Of a DNA stretch of 64,000 nucleotides, positions 10,901 to 19,864 are shown in pieces. This DNA is from an uncultured bacterium (GTDB lineage: Bacteria; UBP15; UBA6099; JAJRTR01), in NCBI GenBank assembly GCA_964595945.1, contig CAZQSL010000004.1, forward strand, positions 231 through 64,230. Reading direction: 5' to 3'. The notes under the pieces were generated by a model. It had not been told where the DNA came from and made no database searches. It was given only the letters and a program-made list of their open reading frames with translations. The position numbers and the translations under genes are program-made. Position 1 is the first letter of the stretch; every line of letters starts with the position of its first letter.

Positions 10901-11497
10901 GACCCTTCCATAGAAGACAAAATGACATTCACTGTCGCGGGACGCATCGTATCCCGCCGAGACTTTATGCAGAAAAAAAGCGGCGAGCAGGGCGTCTCTT
11001 TCGAACTCGAAGACTTCACCGGCCGTATCAACATCACCGCTTTCTCAGACAAGCGGCGCGAATACAACGCTGACATCCGCGAAGGCAATATCGTCGCCGT
11101 CAGAGGCAAGGTCAACGCACGCCAGCGCGATGGCGGCTTCAATGACGAAGCCCGGCGCGAGGTCAGCATCATCTGCAACAGCCTCGAAAGCTATGCCCCA
11201 CCGGAACCCGCTATCGACAGGTCGCAACCCGTCCGCCGCATATTCCACGTGCGCATCAGCGACAGCTACCCCGGCGAAGGCTCCCCGGCTGAAATGATCA
11301 ACGAACTGCGCGCAATGGTCAATGCCTACGACGGAGGCCCCGACGGATCGGATGTTGTTGTCCATATTCAGGAATACGGCGCCGAGCGCCTCATCTCTCT
11401 CGGCGCGACCCGCGTGCGATACTGCCGCGAGCTCCTCCGGCTCGCAAAACACTACTTCGGCGACGACAACGCATGGGGCGAAACGGACAGGACATAA
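7976..11497 (+). CDS. dnaE: DNA polymerase III alpha subunit
   Basis: PHP-domain start MPTRFTHLHVHTEYSLLDG. Polymerase core motifs (GPGRGSVAGSLVAFAL, HAAGVVIS), then an OB fold and C-terminal domain, ~1170 aa. Start placed at the internal ATG (7976) rather than the upstream in-frame extension. Confidence 0.95.
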   Translation: MPTRFTHLHVHTEYSLLDGVMPVRNLIATCKEYGMDSVAMTDHGTMFGMVKFYSEAVANGIKPIIGCEVYVAPRKHTDKEHEFDRKPWHLTLLVKNETGFRNLMHLVSVAHTDGFYYKPRIDKQLISQYSDGLIALSACIGGEVPSLILNERPEAAADAARWYNSTFGPGNYYLEIMDQGLIEQKRVNTALIELSHQLSIPLVATNDVHYLKAEDSLAQDVMICIEQGKTLNDSSRLSFQSQEFYLKSPEQMREVFPLNPEALAATIEIADKCNFELDLNTIYLPDFDVPSDFTSDSYLESLTREGLTRKYHPVTADISERAGFELKVIREMGYSEYFLIVWDLLRFARSEGIPVGPGRGSVAGSLVAFALDITKVDPLKYDLLFERFLNPDRVSMPDIDMDFCDRRRERVIEYARQKYGAEKVSMIATFQRLKARAAIRDVGRVLGLELPYVDRIAKLVPAMIPDSKVTIDTAIDHSPELRDLYNKDEDARRLLDISRKIEGRARNVGTHAAGVVISKNKLTQHVPIYTSANLKGAIITQADKDDLEALGLLKMDFLGLRTLSLISDALDFIQEKTGTPLDIDSIPLDDKKTFELFARGDTDGIFQFEAGTVTSLASRSQPTCIEDLTALNALNRPGPLGSGMGDTFIENRKKRPDEIDYMHPLLEPVLRDTFGIMLYQEQVMRTANVIAGFSLAESDNLRRAMGKKKVAEMEKMKKQFVENATAKISDRALAETIYDIILKFSGYGFNKSHSAAYAFIAYQTAFLKTHYPVEFMAALLTSVKGDYLKTEKYIDDCRRMGIAVKPPDINRGSVNFKPDGDTIIYGLSSIKNVGEGAIEALIAERRENGIFKSLYDFCRRVDLHSLNSKTIEAFILSGACDCFDGNRAQKMQALDEALELGRACQRDKSTGQTGLFDDFVTEFADPPLRPVDEFPLKDLLEYEKDLLGLYLSHHPLDPFREWVRKKATTTYARLADPSIEDKMTFTVAGRIVSRRDFMQKKSGEQGVSFELEDFTGRINITAFSDKRREYNADIREGNIVAVRGKVNARQRDGGFNDEARREVSIICNSLESYAPPEPAIDRSQPVRRIFHVRISDSYPGEGSPAEMINELRAMVNAYDGGPDGSDVVVHIQEYGAERLISLGATRVRYCRELLRLAKHYFGDDNAWGETDRT

Positions 11498-11498
11498 T

Positions 11499-11518
11499 CT
11501 CAGGATACCCATCCTGAG
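11499..11518 (+). terminator. Possible hairpin terminator after dnaE
   Basis: CTCAGGAT-ACCC-ATCCTGAG 8-bp stem immediately after the dnaE stop, followed by a weak tract (tgcgcaattttc). Confidence 0.3.
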
Positions 11519-11600
11519 TGCGCAATTTTCAGACGCGGCAAGGGAAATGCGGTTCTATTGCGAACGAATAATTGCCACATTCGGATTTATATACGTAATT

Positions 11601-11628
11601 TTGCATTGCCGACGTTTCCTGCTATAAT
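11601..11628 (+). promoter_or_regulatory. Sigma70-type promoter candidate (TTGCAT-N16-TATAAT) upstream of the histidine kinase
   Basis: TTGCAT at 11601-11606 and TATAAT at 11623-11628 with a 16-nt spacer, ~40 nt upstream of the GTG/ATG start at 11667/11670. Confidence 0.4.
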
Positions 11629-11666
11629 AAAATGACAATTCGGAATGATGTAACGCCCCAATACAG

Positions 11667-13823
11667 GTGATGCATTTCATGTGGCGGATTTCGCTCACCC
11701 ATATACAGGCACAAACATTGCGTTGCGTCCTGGCAACGATGCTTGCCTGTGTTTTCTGTTTTTCCGCCATTCATGCCGACACCACACCATCTCTTGCCAC
11801 AAAAATGCCAACCCGCCATGTCAAACCGGCAGGAAACACAATCATCGCTGTCGGAGACTACAATTTCGCCCCTTACGAATATCTCGAAAACGGAAAACCC
11901 AAAGGATTCAACATTGACATCATCAAGGCGCTCGCTCGCGTATCAGGCCTCGACATCAGGGTTAAACTCCAGAACTGGTCACAAACCCTCGACGACGTCA
12001 CCGATGGCAGAGCCGACATGATCACTGGTATCATATATTCCGAAGAACGCGACAAATCGTTCGATTTCACCATACCGTTCACTTATCAGAATTACGTAGT
12101 ATTCACGCGCAGCGGCACATCACTATCCTCTATCGACGACATAAAGGGAAAGCCGGTCGTCGTGCAAAACCGCGAAATCATGCATGACTACGTACTTTCC
12201 AACAATATCACTGACAAAATCATCACGGTACCTACCTACACCGATGCCCTGAAATCACTTTCCCGCAAACAATACGATTACGCTCTCCTCTCCACCCTCA
12301 ACGGTATGTTTCTCATCCATAAATACCACATCAAAAACGTTGGCCCCTCCAGCGTCGTAGTCATGCAGACACCTTGCGGCTGCGCCGTCGCAGAGGGCAA
12401 CAAGAAACTCCTGACCATCCTCAACCAGTCCATCAAGATCATCAAGGCTACCGGCGAATATGACACTATCTACAACAAGTGGTTCGCCGTGTACGACAAG
12501 GACTACCAGAGAAAAAAAACCACGAGAACCCTTCTGCTGATATTCTCCCCTCTGATCGCCATTCTGATAATCGCCGCTATCGGATGGTGGAGCCTCACCC
12601 GCATCGTACACCTGCGCACAAAACAGCTCAAGGAAGAACTCGCCATACGCACAAAAGCTGAAATCGCGCTTCGCGAAAACGAAGAACGCATCGACCTGGC
12701 AATAACCAATTCCGAGCTCGGCACATGGTCATACGACTGCGCTACACGGACACTCACCGGCTCCTGGGACATATCCAATTCCTGCATCCCGGATAACACG
12801 ACCATCACGCGCGATGTATTTCTATCCATGCTCCACCCTGACGACGTATTGCGATTCGAATACGCCTTCAATTATCACATAGACGGACTGACTGCACTAT
12901 TCGAACTCGAATACCGGCTCCCGGACAACAACGGCAACATGCGGTGGCTTAGTTCGATCGGCAAAGTCATTTCTTTCAACGATGACGGCACCCCCCAATC
13001 CGTCACAGGCACCACCCGCGATATCACCAGTGTCAAAATGGACAAACTCGAGCTCGAACGATACCAACTGCTCCTCGAAGAACTCGTCGACCAGCGCACC
13101 AGCGAAATCCTCCGCGCACGCGAACAGATCATCACCGCAGAACGCCTCGCCACCCTCGGCCGCTTCGCCGGCAACATCGCCCACGAAATAAGAAATCCCC
13201 TCTCCGTCATCTCCAACTCAGTTTACATCCTCAAGAAAAAAACTGACAGCTCCGATGAAAAAGCGCTTAACACCCTATCCCGCATCTCGGCCAACATCGA
13301 TCAAACCCTCGCCATCATCGACAGCCTCCTCGGCCTCATACGTCCCGGCGACCCAAACAAAATCCTCGTCGACATTTCCTCCCTCACAGCCTCTGTCATC
13401 GCCGCGCTTCGCGTCTCCTCCCGCATCACCTATGTCAACCGCATGCCTGCCCGCTTCGACATGCTCGGTGACCCAAGCCAACTGCGAATCCTGATCAAAA
13501 ATCTCCTGCTCAACGCCATTCAGGCAATTCTGCTCGAAGGCACTATCACCATTTCCCTCGACTCCGAGTCCAGGGAAGGCTTCGTTTCCATCTCGATAAC
13601 AGACACCGGGACTGGTATCCCCCCAGATACTATCACTCACATCTTCGACCCCATGTTCACCACCAAATCCTACGGCATGGGCTTTGGACTCGCGCTCGCC
13701 AAAATGATCGTCGAAAGTCACGGCGGCGATATTTCCGTCACTTCCGCCGAAGGCTTGGGAACGACGTTTACCGTAACCCTGCCAGTAGGTTCCAACATCG
13801 TATTCGACCGTTCCGTCGAGTAA
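11667..13823 (+). CDS. Hybrid sensor histidine kinase: signal peptide - SBP_bac_3-like periplasmic solute-binding domain - TM - PAS - HisKA - HATPase_c
   Basis: The periplasmic segment IIAVGDYNFAPYEYLENGKPKGFNIDIIKALARVSGLDI matches family-3 binding proteins. TM stretch LLLIFSPLIAILIIAAIGWW. H-box AGNIAHEIRNPLSVI. ATPase region ITDTGTGIPPD...GMGFGLALAK. Confidence 0.8.
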   Translation: MMHFMWRISLTHIQAQTLRCVLATMLACVFCFSAIHADTTPSLATKMPTRHVKPAGNTIIAVGDYNFAPYEYLENGKPKGFNIDIIKALARVSGLDIRVKLQNWSQTLDDVTDGRADMITGIIYSEERDKSFDFTIPFTYQNYVVFTRSGTSLSSIDDIKGKPVVVQNREIMHDYVLSNNITDKIITVPTYTDALKSLSRKQYDYALLSTLNGMFLIHKYHIKNVGPSSVVVMQTPCGCAVAEGNKKLLTILNQSIKIIKATGEYDTIYNKWFAVYDKDYQRKKTTRTLLLIFSPLIAILIIAAIGWWSLTRIVHLRTKQLKEELAIRTKAEIALRENEERIDLAITNSELGTWSYDCATRTLTGSWDISNSCIPDNTTITRDVFLSMLHPDDVLRFEYAFNYHIDGLTALFELEYRLPDNNGNMRWLSSIGKVISFNDDGTPQSVTGTTRDITSVKMDKLELERYQLLLEELVDQRTSEILRAREQIITAERLATLGRFAGNIAHEIRNPLSVISNSVYILKKKTDSSDEKALNTLSRISANIDQTLAIIDSLLGLIRPGDPNKILVDISSLTASVIAALRVSSRITYVNRMPARFDMLGDPSQLRILIKNLLLNAIQAILLEGTITISLDSESREGFVSISITDTGTGIPPDTITHIFDPMFTTKSYGMGFGLALAKMIVESHGGDISVTSAEGLGTTFTVTLPVGSNIVFDRSVE

Positions 13824-14295
13824 CCTCTCCGGCGTTCCGATCAAGAATATAAGTCCATAAAGCCAAAATCAGTTCCTGTTATTGATTGAAACGCCTGTCA
13901 TTCTGAGCGAAGCGAAGAATCTTCCAAATAGAATTGCATGGCTAATCAGAAAACTGAATAATAAAAAAATATTTTTTGCGGCTTCCTTCGCTTATATATC
14001 GTTTTTTGTATATATATAATATAGCAGGCTTGCAGGCATCATTAGTTGCGCAAAACCGTAATCCATTGATTATCGCACCCGCAAGATCGCCATTGTGGCA
14101 CGTTCAGGGGAATGCTGGATAAATATGCTACACGATTAACTCAATAACCGGCCTGAAATCTGATGTTGTGAGGATACTTGCAAGGCATTTTCCGAGCTTG
14201 CAGGATACGTTTTTTTTGGCTATCATCTAAGAGTGCCGCACATAACGCACATTTTACTTTGTCAGGGGTTGCGGGACCCGAAATACTGCCAGAGT

Positions 14296-14331
14296 AAAAA
14301 AAAGCCGCCCCTGGTGCGGGAGGGGCGGGCT
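14296..14331 (-). terminator. Rho-independent terminator for the - strand gene ending at 14580
   Basis: Minus-strand RNA GCCCGCCCC-UCCCGCACCA-GGGGCGGC followed by UUUUUUUU (plus-strand A8 at 14296-14303). Confidence 0.6.
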
Positions 14332-14579
14332 CAAAGCGAAGGAATGGGTAATCGGCGTCGTGACGCCGTTCCTGTTCCTTTTTTCTTTTGTGAGACAAAC
14401 ATTGAACCCCTAAGCACGGATCATATCCGGTTGGGAAAACAGTCCAAGCTCCATGCTCCATGTGTAATGTGCTGGGGCATTACACATAGAGCCTGCCGAC
14501 AGCCGCCAATGTCATTTTTCATCGACACGGCTGACTCGTGTCTCTATATATTCCCAAATGAACGGCATTTGGGTTGTCG

Positions 14580-15635
14580 CTACCTGCTCTCGTCAATAAT
14601 TGCTTTCAATTTATTTTTTCCCTCTGTCTGTTCGTCGGCCTTGCCTTCGAGTAGATAGAGGATTTCTTCGAGTTTCTGCCTGTCTGCGACACTATCGCAT
14701 TCTGCTGGCGGAACTGAGGGGATCACAGACATGGACGCAGGCTGCGGCGCGCCTGCTGATGGTACTGCCGTGACGACTGTCTGTATGCCGCCTATTGCTT
14801 CGGCAATAGCTTTCGAGACTTCGTTTTTGCCTCTGTTGAGTTCGATGCTCGACTGTGCATCGCGCAGTTTGTAGATCGAATACGAGAACGGGTTGCGAGA
14901 GTCATCCGTGATTACGGGATATTTTGCTTCGATTTCCACGATGGTCTGCATGACATCCGAACGTTCGACCGCGACGGTTATTTCGATGGTCGCTCTTTCG
15001 GCAATGCCGGGCAGCGGTACATCGACGGCATTGTCTTTTTCGATCCAGTCTTTCACCACTTTTGTCTCTGTGGAAGTCTTTCCGTTGATCGTGTATTCGA
15101 GTTTGTAACTTTCGAGATAGATTCTCCCGTTATTTCTGAAAAACGCTCTGTGCATGGGGGATTTGATTCTGAACGCGTAGAGTGTCGAAGCATCGGCCGC
15201 GAGTGTCTGACGCTCGCCGATATCCCATATCTTATCGATCTTGGCGCTTGCGATCTTGACTGATTCGGCATCCTTTTTCATAACCGCTGCCGCATAGTTG
15301 TAGTTCGAGGCATCAGCTTTTGGGCCTCTGAGCACGTGAATCGCGTCGCCTACGAGGTATCTCACTTCCTTGTCCTGCACTGGGGTACCGGATTCGACCA
15401 TTGCGACGGCTTTTTCCATTCTTTCCTGCGCCACACTGAAATTGATCCTCTCACCGATTACAAATGAAACGCCCGTTGTGACCGGAGCTGCGGCCGTGGT
15501 TACGGATGATTTGGCGTTGGAGAAATCCGTATTCAGGTTTTCGGCGTTGACAGCGGTTGCGGCCAGGACAAGAGCGGAGATCATGGCAAGTGATACATTC
15601 CTGACTGTTACGGCATTTTTTTCAGTAAATCTCAT
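14580..15635 (-). CDS. Hypothetical secreted protein
   Basis: Signal peptide (VSLAMISALVLAATAVNA). No recognisable domain. Lies 107 nt downstream of nikR on the same strand. Confidence 0.5.
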   Translation of the reverse strand: MRFTEKNAVTVRNVSLAMISALVLAATAVNAENLNTDFSNAKSSVTTAAAPVTTGVSFVIGERINFSVAQERMEKAVAMVESGTPVQDKEVRYLVGDAIHVLRGPKADASNYNYAAAVMKKDAESVKIASAKIDKIWDIGERQTLAADASTLYAFRIKSPMHRAFFRNNGRIYLESYKLEYTINGKTSTETKVVKDWIEKDNAVDVPLPGIAERATIEITVAVERSDVMQTIVEIEAKYPVITDDSRNPFSYSIYKLRDAQSSIELNRGKNEVSKAIAEAIGGIQTVVTAVPSAGAPQPASMSVIPSVPPAECDSVADRQKLEEILYLLEGKADEQTEGKNKLKAIIDESR

Positions 15636-15741
15636 CTTTTACTCCAAAGTCGTTGTGACTTCTCATATATAGTATCAATGGTTATGCCGATTGCATGAAC
15701 AAAAAAAACTTTCTGAGGCCCTTCGCCCCGACTTTTCAGGA

Positions 15742-16155
15742 TCAGGGATGATCCGTTGTCAGCATGCTGACCTTTCCGATTCTTACGCCTTTGGCTCCGA
15801 TCAGCAGATCCGCCACTTCGCGCACGGTGGCCGCGCGCCCCCTGACTATGATCACCTCGAAACAGTTATGCTCATCTATATGGACATGCGTGGCAGAGAC
15901 GATGTTCCTGAAATAACGATGTTGTATGTCGACCAGTTTGTCCTCGATCTCGCGCTTGTGATGGTCAAAGACGATGCTGATGGCCGCGATCATTTCGGCG
16001 TCCGCTTCGCAGCCGGCTTCGTCGACGAGGGCGGCCCTGATCAGATCACGTATCGCCTCGGACCTGTTCGGGTATTTCTTTTGATCAAGATAATCATCGA
16101 ATTTCCCGAGCAGTTTCTCCGGGATCGAAACCCCGAACCTTGCAAGCCTTTCCAT
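15742..16155 (-). CDS. nikR: Nickel-responsive transcriptional regulator NikR
   Basis: Ribbon-helix-helix N-terminus (RFGVSIPEKLLGKFDDYLDQKKYPNRSEAIRDLIR) and a C-terminal metal-binding domain with HVHIDEHNCFEVIIVRG, which aligns with E. coli NikR HVHINHDDCLEIAVLKG. Confidence 0.7.
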   Translation of the reverse strand: MERLARFGVSIPEKLLGKFDDYLDQKKYPNRSEAIRDLIRAALVDEAGCEADAEMIAAISIVFDHHKREIEDKLVDIQHRYFRNIVSATHVHIDEHNCFEVIIVRGRAATVREVADLLIGAKGVRIGKVSMLTTDHP

Positions 16156-16368
16156 GTCGGCACACTCCTGCCGCCACTATTGCATGGCGGTTATTATATA
16201 TTCCGCAATCTGGCTGTTTTTTTGCCAATGTAATGTTGCGGTTAGGCAAAACCGCTGTTGGGCGTGTCCTTTCACCGTTTGCGGATGAGGCACAGACATG
16301 CCATTTGGCGCCCCTGCCTTGACGATCGCCACTTGACTCCATAAACTCCCGATAAGGAGGTGAATGGA

Positions 16369-17214
16369 ATGAACACAATGAAAACTACTTTCCTTATGGG
16401 GTTGCTCTTCGGCATATTCATGCTGATCGGAGGAGTGGTCGGCGGGTCATACGGTGTGGTCACTGCATTTGTCCTTGCCGGGGCGATGAATTTTTTCATG
16501 TACTGGTTCAGCGATTCGATAGTGCTCGCCACGTATGGGGCAAAGGAAATCAGCGAGAGCGAAGCGCCCGAAATCCACCGCATAGTGGCAAGCTGCGCCG
16601 TAGCGGCCGGGATACCGAAACCCAGGGTATACATCACGCAAGTCGATGTGCCTAATGCGTTTGCGACAGGTCGCAATCCACAGCGCGGCGTTGTAGCCGT
16701 TACCCGCGGGCTGCTCAGCCTTCTCGACATGAAGGAAGTCGAAGGGGTCATCGCTCACGAAATCGGTCATATCAAAAACCGCGACACTCTCATCTCCACA
16801 ATCGCCGCCACCGCCGCCGGGGCGATCATGATGATCGCGAGCATGGCGCGATGGGCGGCCATTTTCGGCATTGGCAGAAGCGACGATGACGGCCCCGGCA
16901 TTGTCGAACTTCTCATACTCGCTGTCGTCGCGCCATTCGCGGCGATGATGATACAGATGGCGATCTCCCGTTCGAGAGAATTTCTTGCCGACGAAACCGC
17001 CGCTTCTCTCACTCACAACCCCCTCGGCCTGGCTGACGCGCTCACCAAGATACAGGGCTATGCCTCCAACTATCCGCTGCACGGAGGCAATATGGCTACA
17101 TCGCATCTATTCATCATCAACCCCTTTTCCGGAGCGAAAATGGCATCTCTCTTTTCCACACATCCCCCGACGGAAGAACGCATCAAACGCCTTCGCGCAC
17201 TCGCCGGCAGGTGA
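16369..17214 (+). CDS. htpX: Zinc metalloprotease HtpX (M48 family)
   Basis: HEIGHIKNRD HEXXH motif, TM helices and C-terminal PPTEERI. Start moved to the ATG at 16369, which has AGGAGGTG 7 nt upstream; the 16360 GTG directly abuts the SD. Confidence 0.85.
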   Translation: MNTMKTTFLMGLLFGIFMLIGGVVGGSYGVVTAFVLAGAMNFFMYWFSDSIVLATYGAKEISESEAPEIHRIVASCAVAAGIPKPRVYITQVDVPNAFATGRNPQRGVVAVTRGLLSLLDMKEVEGVIAHEIGHIKNRDTLISTIAATAAGAIMMIASMARWAAIFGIGRSDDDGPGIVELLILAVVAPFAAMMIQMAISRSREFLADETAASLTHNPLGLADALTKIQGYASNYPLHGGNMATSHLFIINPFSGAKMASLFSTHPPTEERIKRLRALAGR

Positions 17215-17235
17215 TTATGAAATGGACGGGAGGGA

Positions 17236-17886
17236 ATGCCGCCAATGGACACGGAAAACAGATTTGACGCACTTGCCATGCAGTGGGATGCCAATCCGGT
17301 GCGCGTGAAACTCGCCCGCGACATTGCGGACGCCATACTCGAAAGCACGGGCTCCAACGGCTCGGAGACTGCGATGGATTTCGGAGCCGGGACAGGGCTT
17401 CTGACCCTCGCGATCGCCCCCGCAGTCGCTACGATATTCGCCGCCGACTTCTCCCGCGGGATGCTCGATGTACTGATGGACAAGGCTGGACATGCAGGAC
17501 TATGCAACGTACAGCCACTGCTTTGGGACCCGGACACCGGGAGGGCCTCCGGCTCAGTAGCCGCAGGCTCTCTCGACCTGATCATCAGCGCAATGGCAGC
17601 GCATCACGTGAAAGATGTGGAAAATCTCGCCTCGTGTTTTTTCGATCTCCTGAAAAGCGGCGGAAAGGCCGCCATCGCCGATCTCGATCCGGACGGGGGC
17701 GCTTTTCATCCGGAACCCGGCTCTTTCGAGCATCCGGGGTTTGAACGGGATAGTATTGGACAGGTATTCTCGGATGCCGGCTTCGGCAAAGTCATGTTTC
17801 GTGACGCAGCGACTGTCACCCGCCCAGTTGCATCAGGTGAAATGAGAACTTTCGGCGTTTTCCTGCTTGTTGCCGAAAAGAGATAA
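17236..17886 (+). CDS. Class I SAM-dependent methyltransferase
   Basis: Motif I (AMDFGAGTGLLTLAIA) and a Methyltransf_11/25-like layout. Confidence 0.65.
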   Translation: MPPMDTENRFDALAMQWDANPVRVKLARDIADAILESTGSNGSETAMDFGAGTGLLTLAIAPAVATIFAADFSRGMLDVLMDKAGHAGLCNVQPLLWDPDTGRASGSVAAGSLDLIISAMAAHHVKDVENLASCFFDLLKSGGKAAIADLDPDGGAFHPEPGSFEHPGFERDSIGQVFSDAGFGKVMFRDAATVTRPVASGEMRTFGVFLLVAEKR

Positions 17887-18067
17887 ATCACATCGTTTTG
17901 CAGTGTGCGTCGTAACAATCACTATTACACCAAGTGTCATTCCGAGCGAAACGAAGAAGCCCGCTGTGCGCCCCCTTCAGGATTTTTAACTTCGTTCAGA
18001 ATGACAGGTACTGTATGGACGCCCTGCAACACGTAGCACTTTGCACTTTGTACAACGCAATTTGACA

Positions 18068-19864
18068 TCATATTTTATCGGTGTAAAAATCGTTGTATTG
18101 ACGTTTCTGCTGTGCGGTGAAGACAGGCATGCCCGCGGCGAAGAAGAGTCCTTCCGCCAGTTTTGCGAGAGGGAGAAGCAACGGGGTGTAAAAGGCATAG
18201 GGATCATATTTTTCATTGATAAGGCCTGGGAAAGATGAGCAAATCAGCTTCTGTTCGCCTTTTTCGCTGACGATTCCCTTGCGGTTGTAGCCAGCCTGAT
18301 ATTTGTGCATGCGAAGAGGACTGCGAAAATCGCGGTACAGCCAGATGAACCACCCTGAAGCCCATTCCATGCCATTGATCGTACGAATGTAGTGCCTGAT
18401 GAAATCGGCCTGAAAATCCTCCGAGTACTTTTCTTTTTTGTCAGGGTCGCGAAAACCGTATTTTGCGCACGCGCCGAATTCGGTTATCAGCCAGGGCTTG
18501 TCCGGAGCCGTAGCGTGTGAAAACTCGAGAAATGACGCCATATCCCGGGTTTTTCCGTAATACCATCCCACATAGCAGTTGAGACAGGACACATCGGAGT
18601 CGAGACGAGTGGAGTCGATTACATAACGGGCTGATACATAGGTCACGAGCCGCGTGGAGTCGAGCGAACGGGCCGTGTCCATCAGCATTATTATGGTTTT
18701 TGTACAATCCGCGTTTTCGACAGGGATCTCATTGGCAACTGACCAGATGACGATGGAGGGGTGGTTGTAGTATGTGAAGATCATGTCTCTGATCATGGAA
18801 GAGGCGAGATTGCGAAGGGTATTTTTTTTGTATTTGAGATACCAGTAGACGGGGATTTCCGTCATGACAAGGAGTCCGATTTCATCGCAGGCATCGTATA
18901 GTGCCTGATCGTGTGTGTAGTGAGATGTACGCAGCGCGTTGAATCCGAGCGCCTTGATATCCTCGACGTCCTTACGCCTGAGGTCTTTGGGGATCGAGCG
19001 GCCGAATCCGGCGAGTTCTTCGTGCAGGCTGACACCCTTGAGCAGTATCTTTTCACCGTTCAGCAGGATGTCGCGGCCACAAGTCCGAATCTCCCTTATG
19101 CCGAAACGGGTAGTGAATGGCTGTGCGCCAGGCATGTCGGGGGTGACTGTGAGGGTGTAGAGAGCCGGTGAGTCCGGCGACCATAGCCTGGGGGATGTGA
19201 CTGTGGCTAAAATGACGCCCATATTGCCCGATGTTGCCGAACGGCCTTCAGTGACGGTTTTGCCTGATTCCGAGATTGTCCATGAAAATTCGAAAGCCCC
19301 CATTGCGACGTATTCGGCCTTGACTGACGCGTTGCCGGATGTGTCGATGGAAGTCGAAACGGAGGCGCGGGCGATCCTCTTGCGGGGTTCGCTCAAGAGT
19401 GTAATGTCACGAGCGATGCCGCCGTAGTTGAACCAGTCGAATAGGTCGCCCGGTATGCGGTCCGCCCTTCGGATGTTTTCGGCGTGGACAACAATGGTGT
19501 TTCCGGCTGGTTGCAAAACACCTTCCGGGACGTTCAGTACGAATGGCAGATAGCCGCCTTCGTGCGCACCGAGATCGTTGCCGTTGAGCCACACGCGCGA
19601 CATGTAATTGACGGCGTCGAATCTTATGCTGACATCACGATCGGACATCTGCATATCGACGGGAATATCGAACTTGCGGGCGTACCACATGGCCCCTTCG
19701 TATCTTTCATACTCGGGCAGCACATTCCAGCATAGCGGCGCCTGTATCTCTTTCCATGAAAGCATCTGGGGTTCAAGTGTTTCGGGGGCGTGCCACCCGT
19801 CCTTCAATCCCCTGTTAGCGGGATCCGGTTTGATACTCCATGTGCCATTGAGGGAATGCTCCAT
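18068..19864 (-). CDS. Glycoside hydrolase family 2 (beta-galactosidase/glucuronidase-like)
   Basis: GH2 sugar-binding N-terminus (LNGTWSIKPDP...WYARKF) and TIM-barrel motifs (LRTSHYTHDQALYDACDEIGLLVMTEIP, SVANE, ITEFGA). Start is uncertain; chosen as M62 (MEHSLNG, weak GGAG upstream). The full ORF would extend to 20047 and overlap prmA. Confidence 0.7.
   Translation of the reverse strand: MEHSLNGTWSIKPDPANRGLKDGWHAPETLEPQMLSWKEIQAPLCWNVLPEYERYEGAMWYARKFDIPVDMQMSDRDVSIRFDAVNYMSRVWLNGNDLGAHEGGYLPFVLNVPEGVLQPAGNTIVVHAENIRRADRIPGDLFDWFNYGGIARDITLLSEPRKRIARASVSTSIDTSGNASVKAEYVAMGAFEFSWTISESGKTVTEGRSATSGNMGVILATVTSPRLWSPDSPALYTLTVTPDMPGAQPFTTRFGIREIRTCGRDILLNGEKILLKGVSLHEELAGFGRSIPKDLRRKDVEDIKALGFNALRTSHYTHDQALYDACDEIGLLVMTEIPVYWYLKYKKNTLRNLASSMIRDMIFTYYNHPSIVIWSVANEIPVENADCTKTIIMLMDTARSLDSTRLVTYVSARYVIDSTRLDSDVSCLNCYVGWYYGKTRDMASFLEFSHATAPDKPWLITEFGACAKYGFRDPDKKEKYSEDFQADFIRHYIRTINGMEWASGWFIWLYRDFRSPLRMHKYQAGYNRKGIVSEKGEQKLICSSFPGLINEKYDPYAFYTPLLLPLAKLAEGLFFAAGMPVFTAQQKRQYNDFYTDKI

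Noticed and set aside
14095-14125. TGGCAC...TGCT resembling a sigma54 -24/-12 promoter
   Set aside because: GG to GC spacing is ~17 nt instead of the required 12, and there is no TTGC element at the right distance.
14141-14658. Track ORFs 14141-14461 (-) and 14233-14658 (+) in the gene-free region
   Set aside because: Both lack an SD and have atypical composition (Lys/Arg/Cys-rich). They overlap a terminator hairpin and 3'-UTR hairpins. More likely non-coding.
15636-15741. Possible rho-independent terminator after nikR (U8 tract)
   Set aside because: The U-run is not preceded by a convincing GC hairpin (GGGGCGAAGGGCCUC does not pair). Probably just an A/T-rich spacer, and read-through into the downstream gene is plausible.
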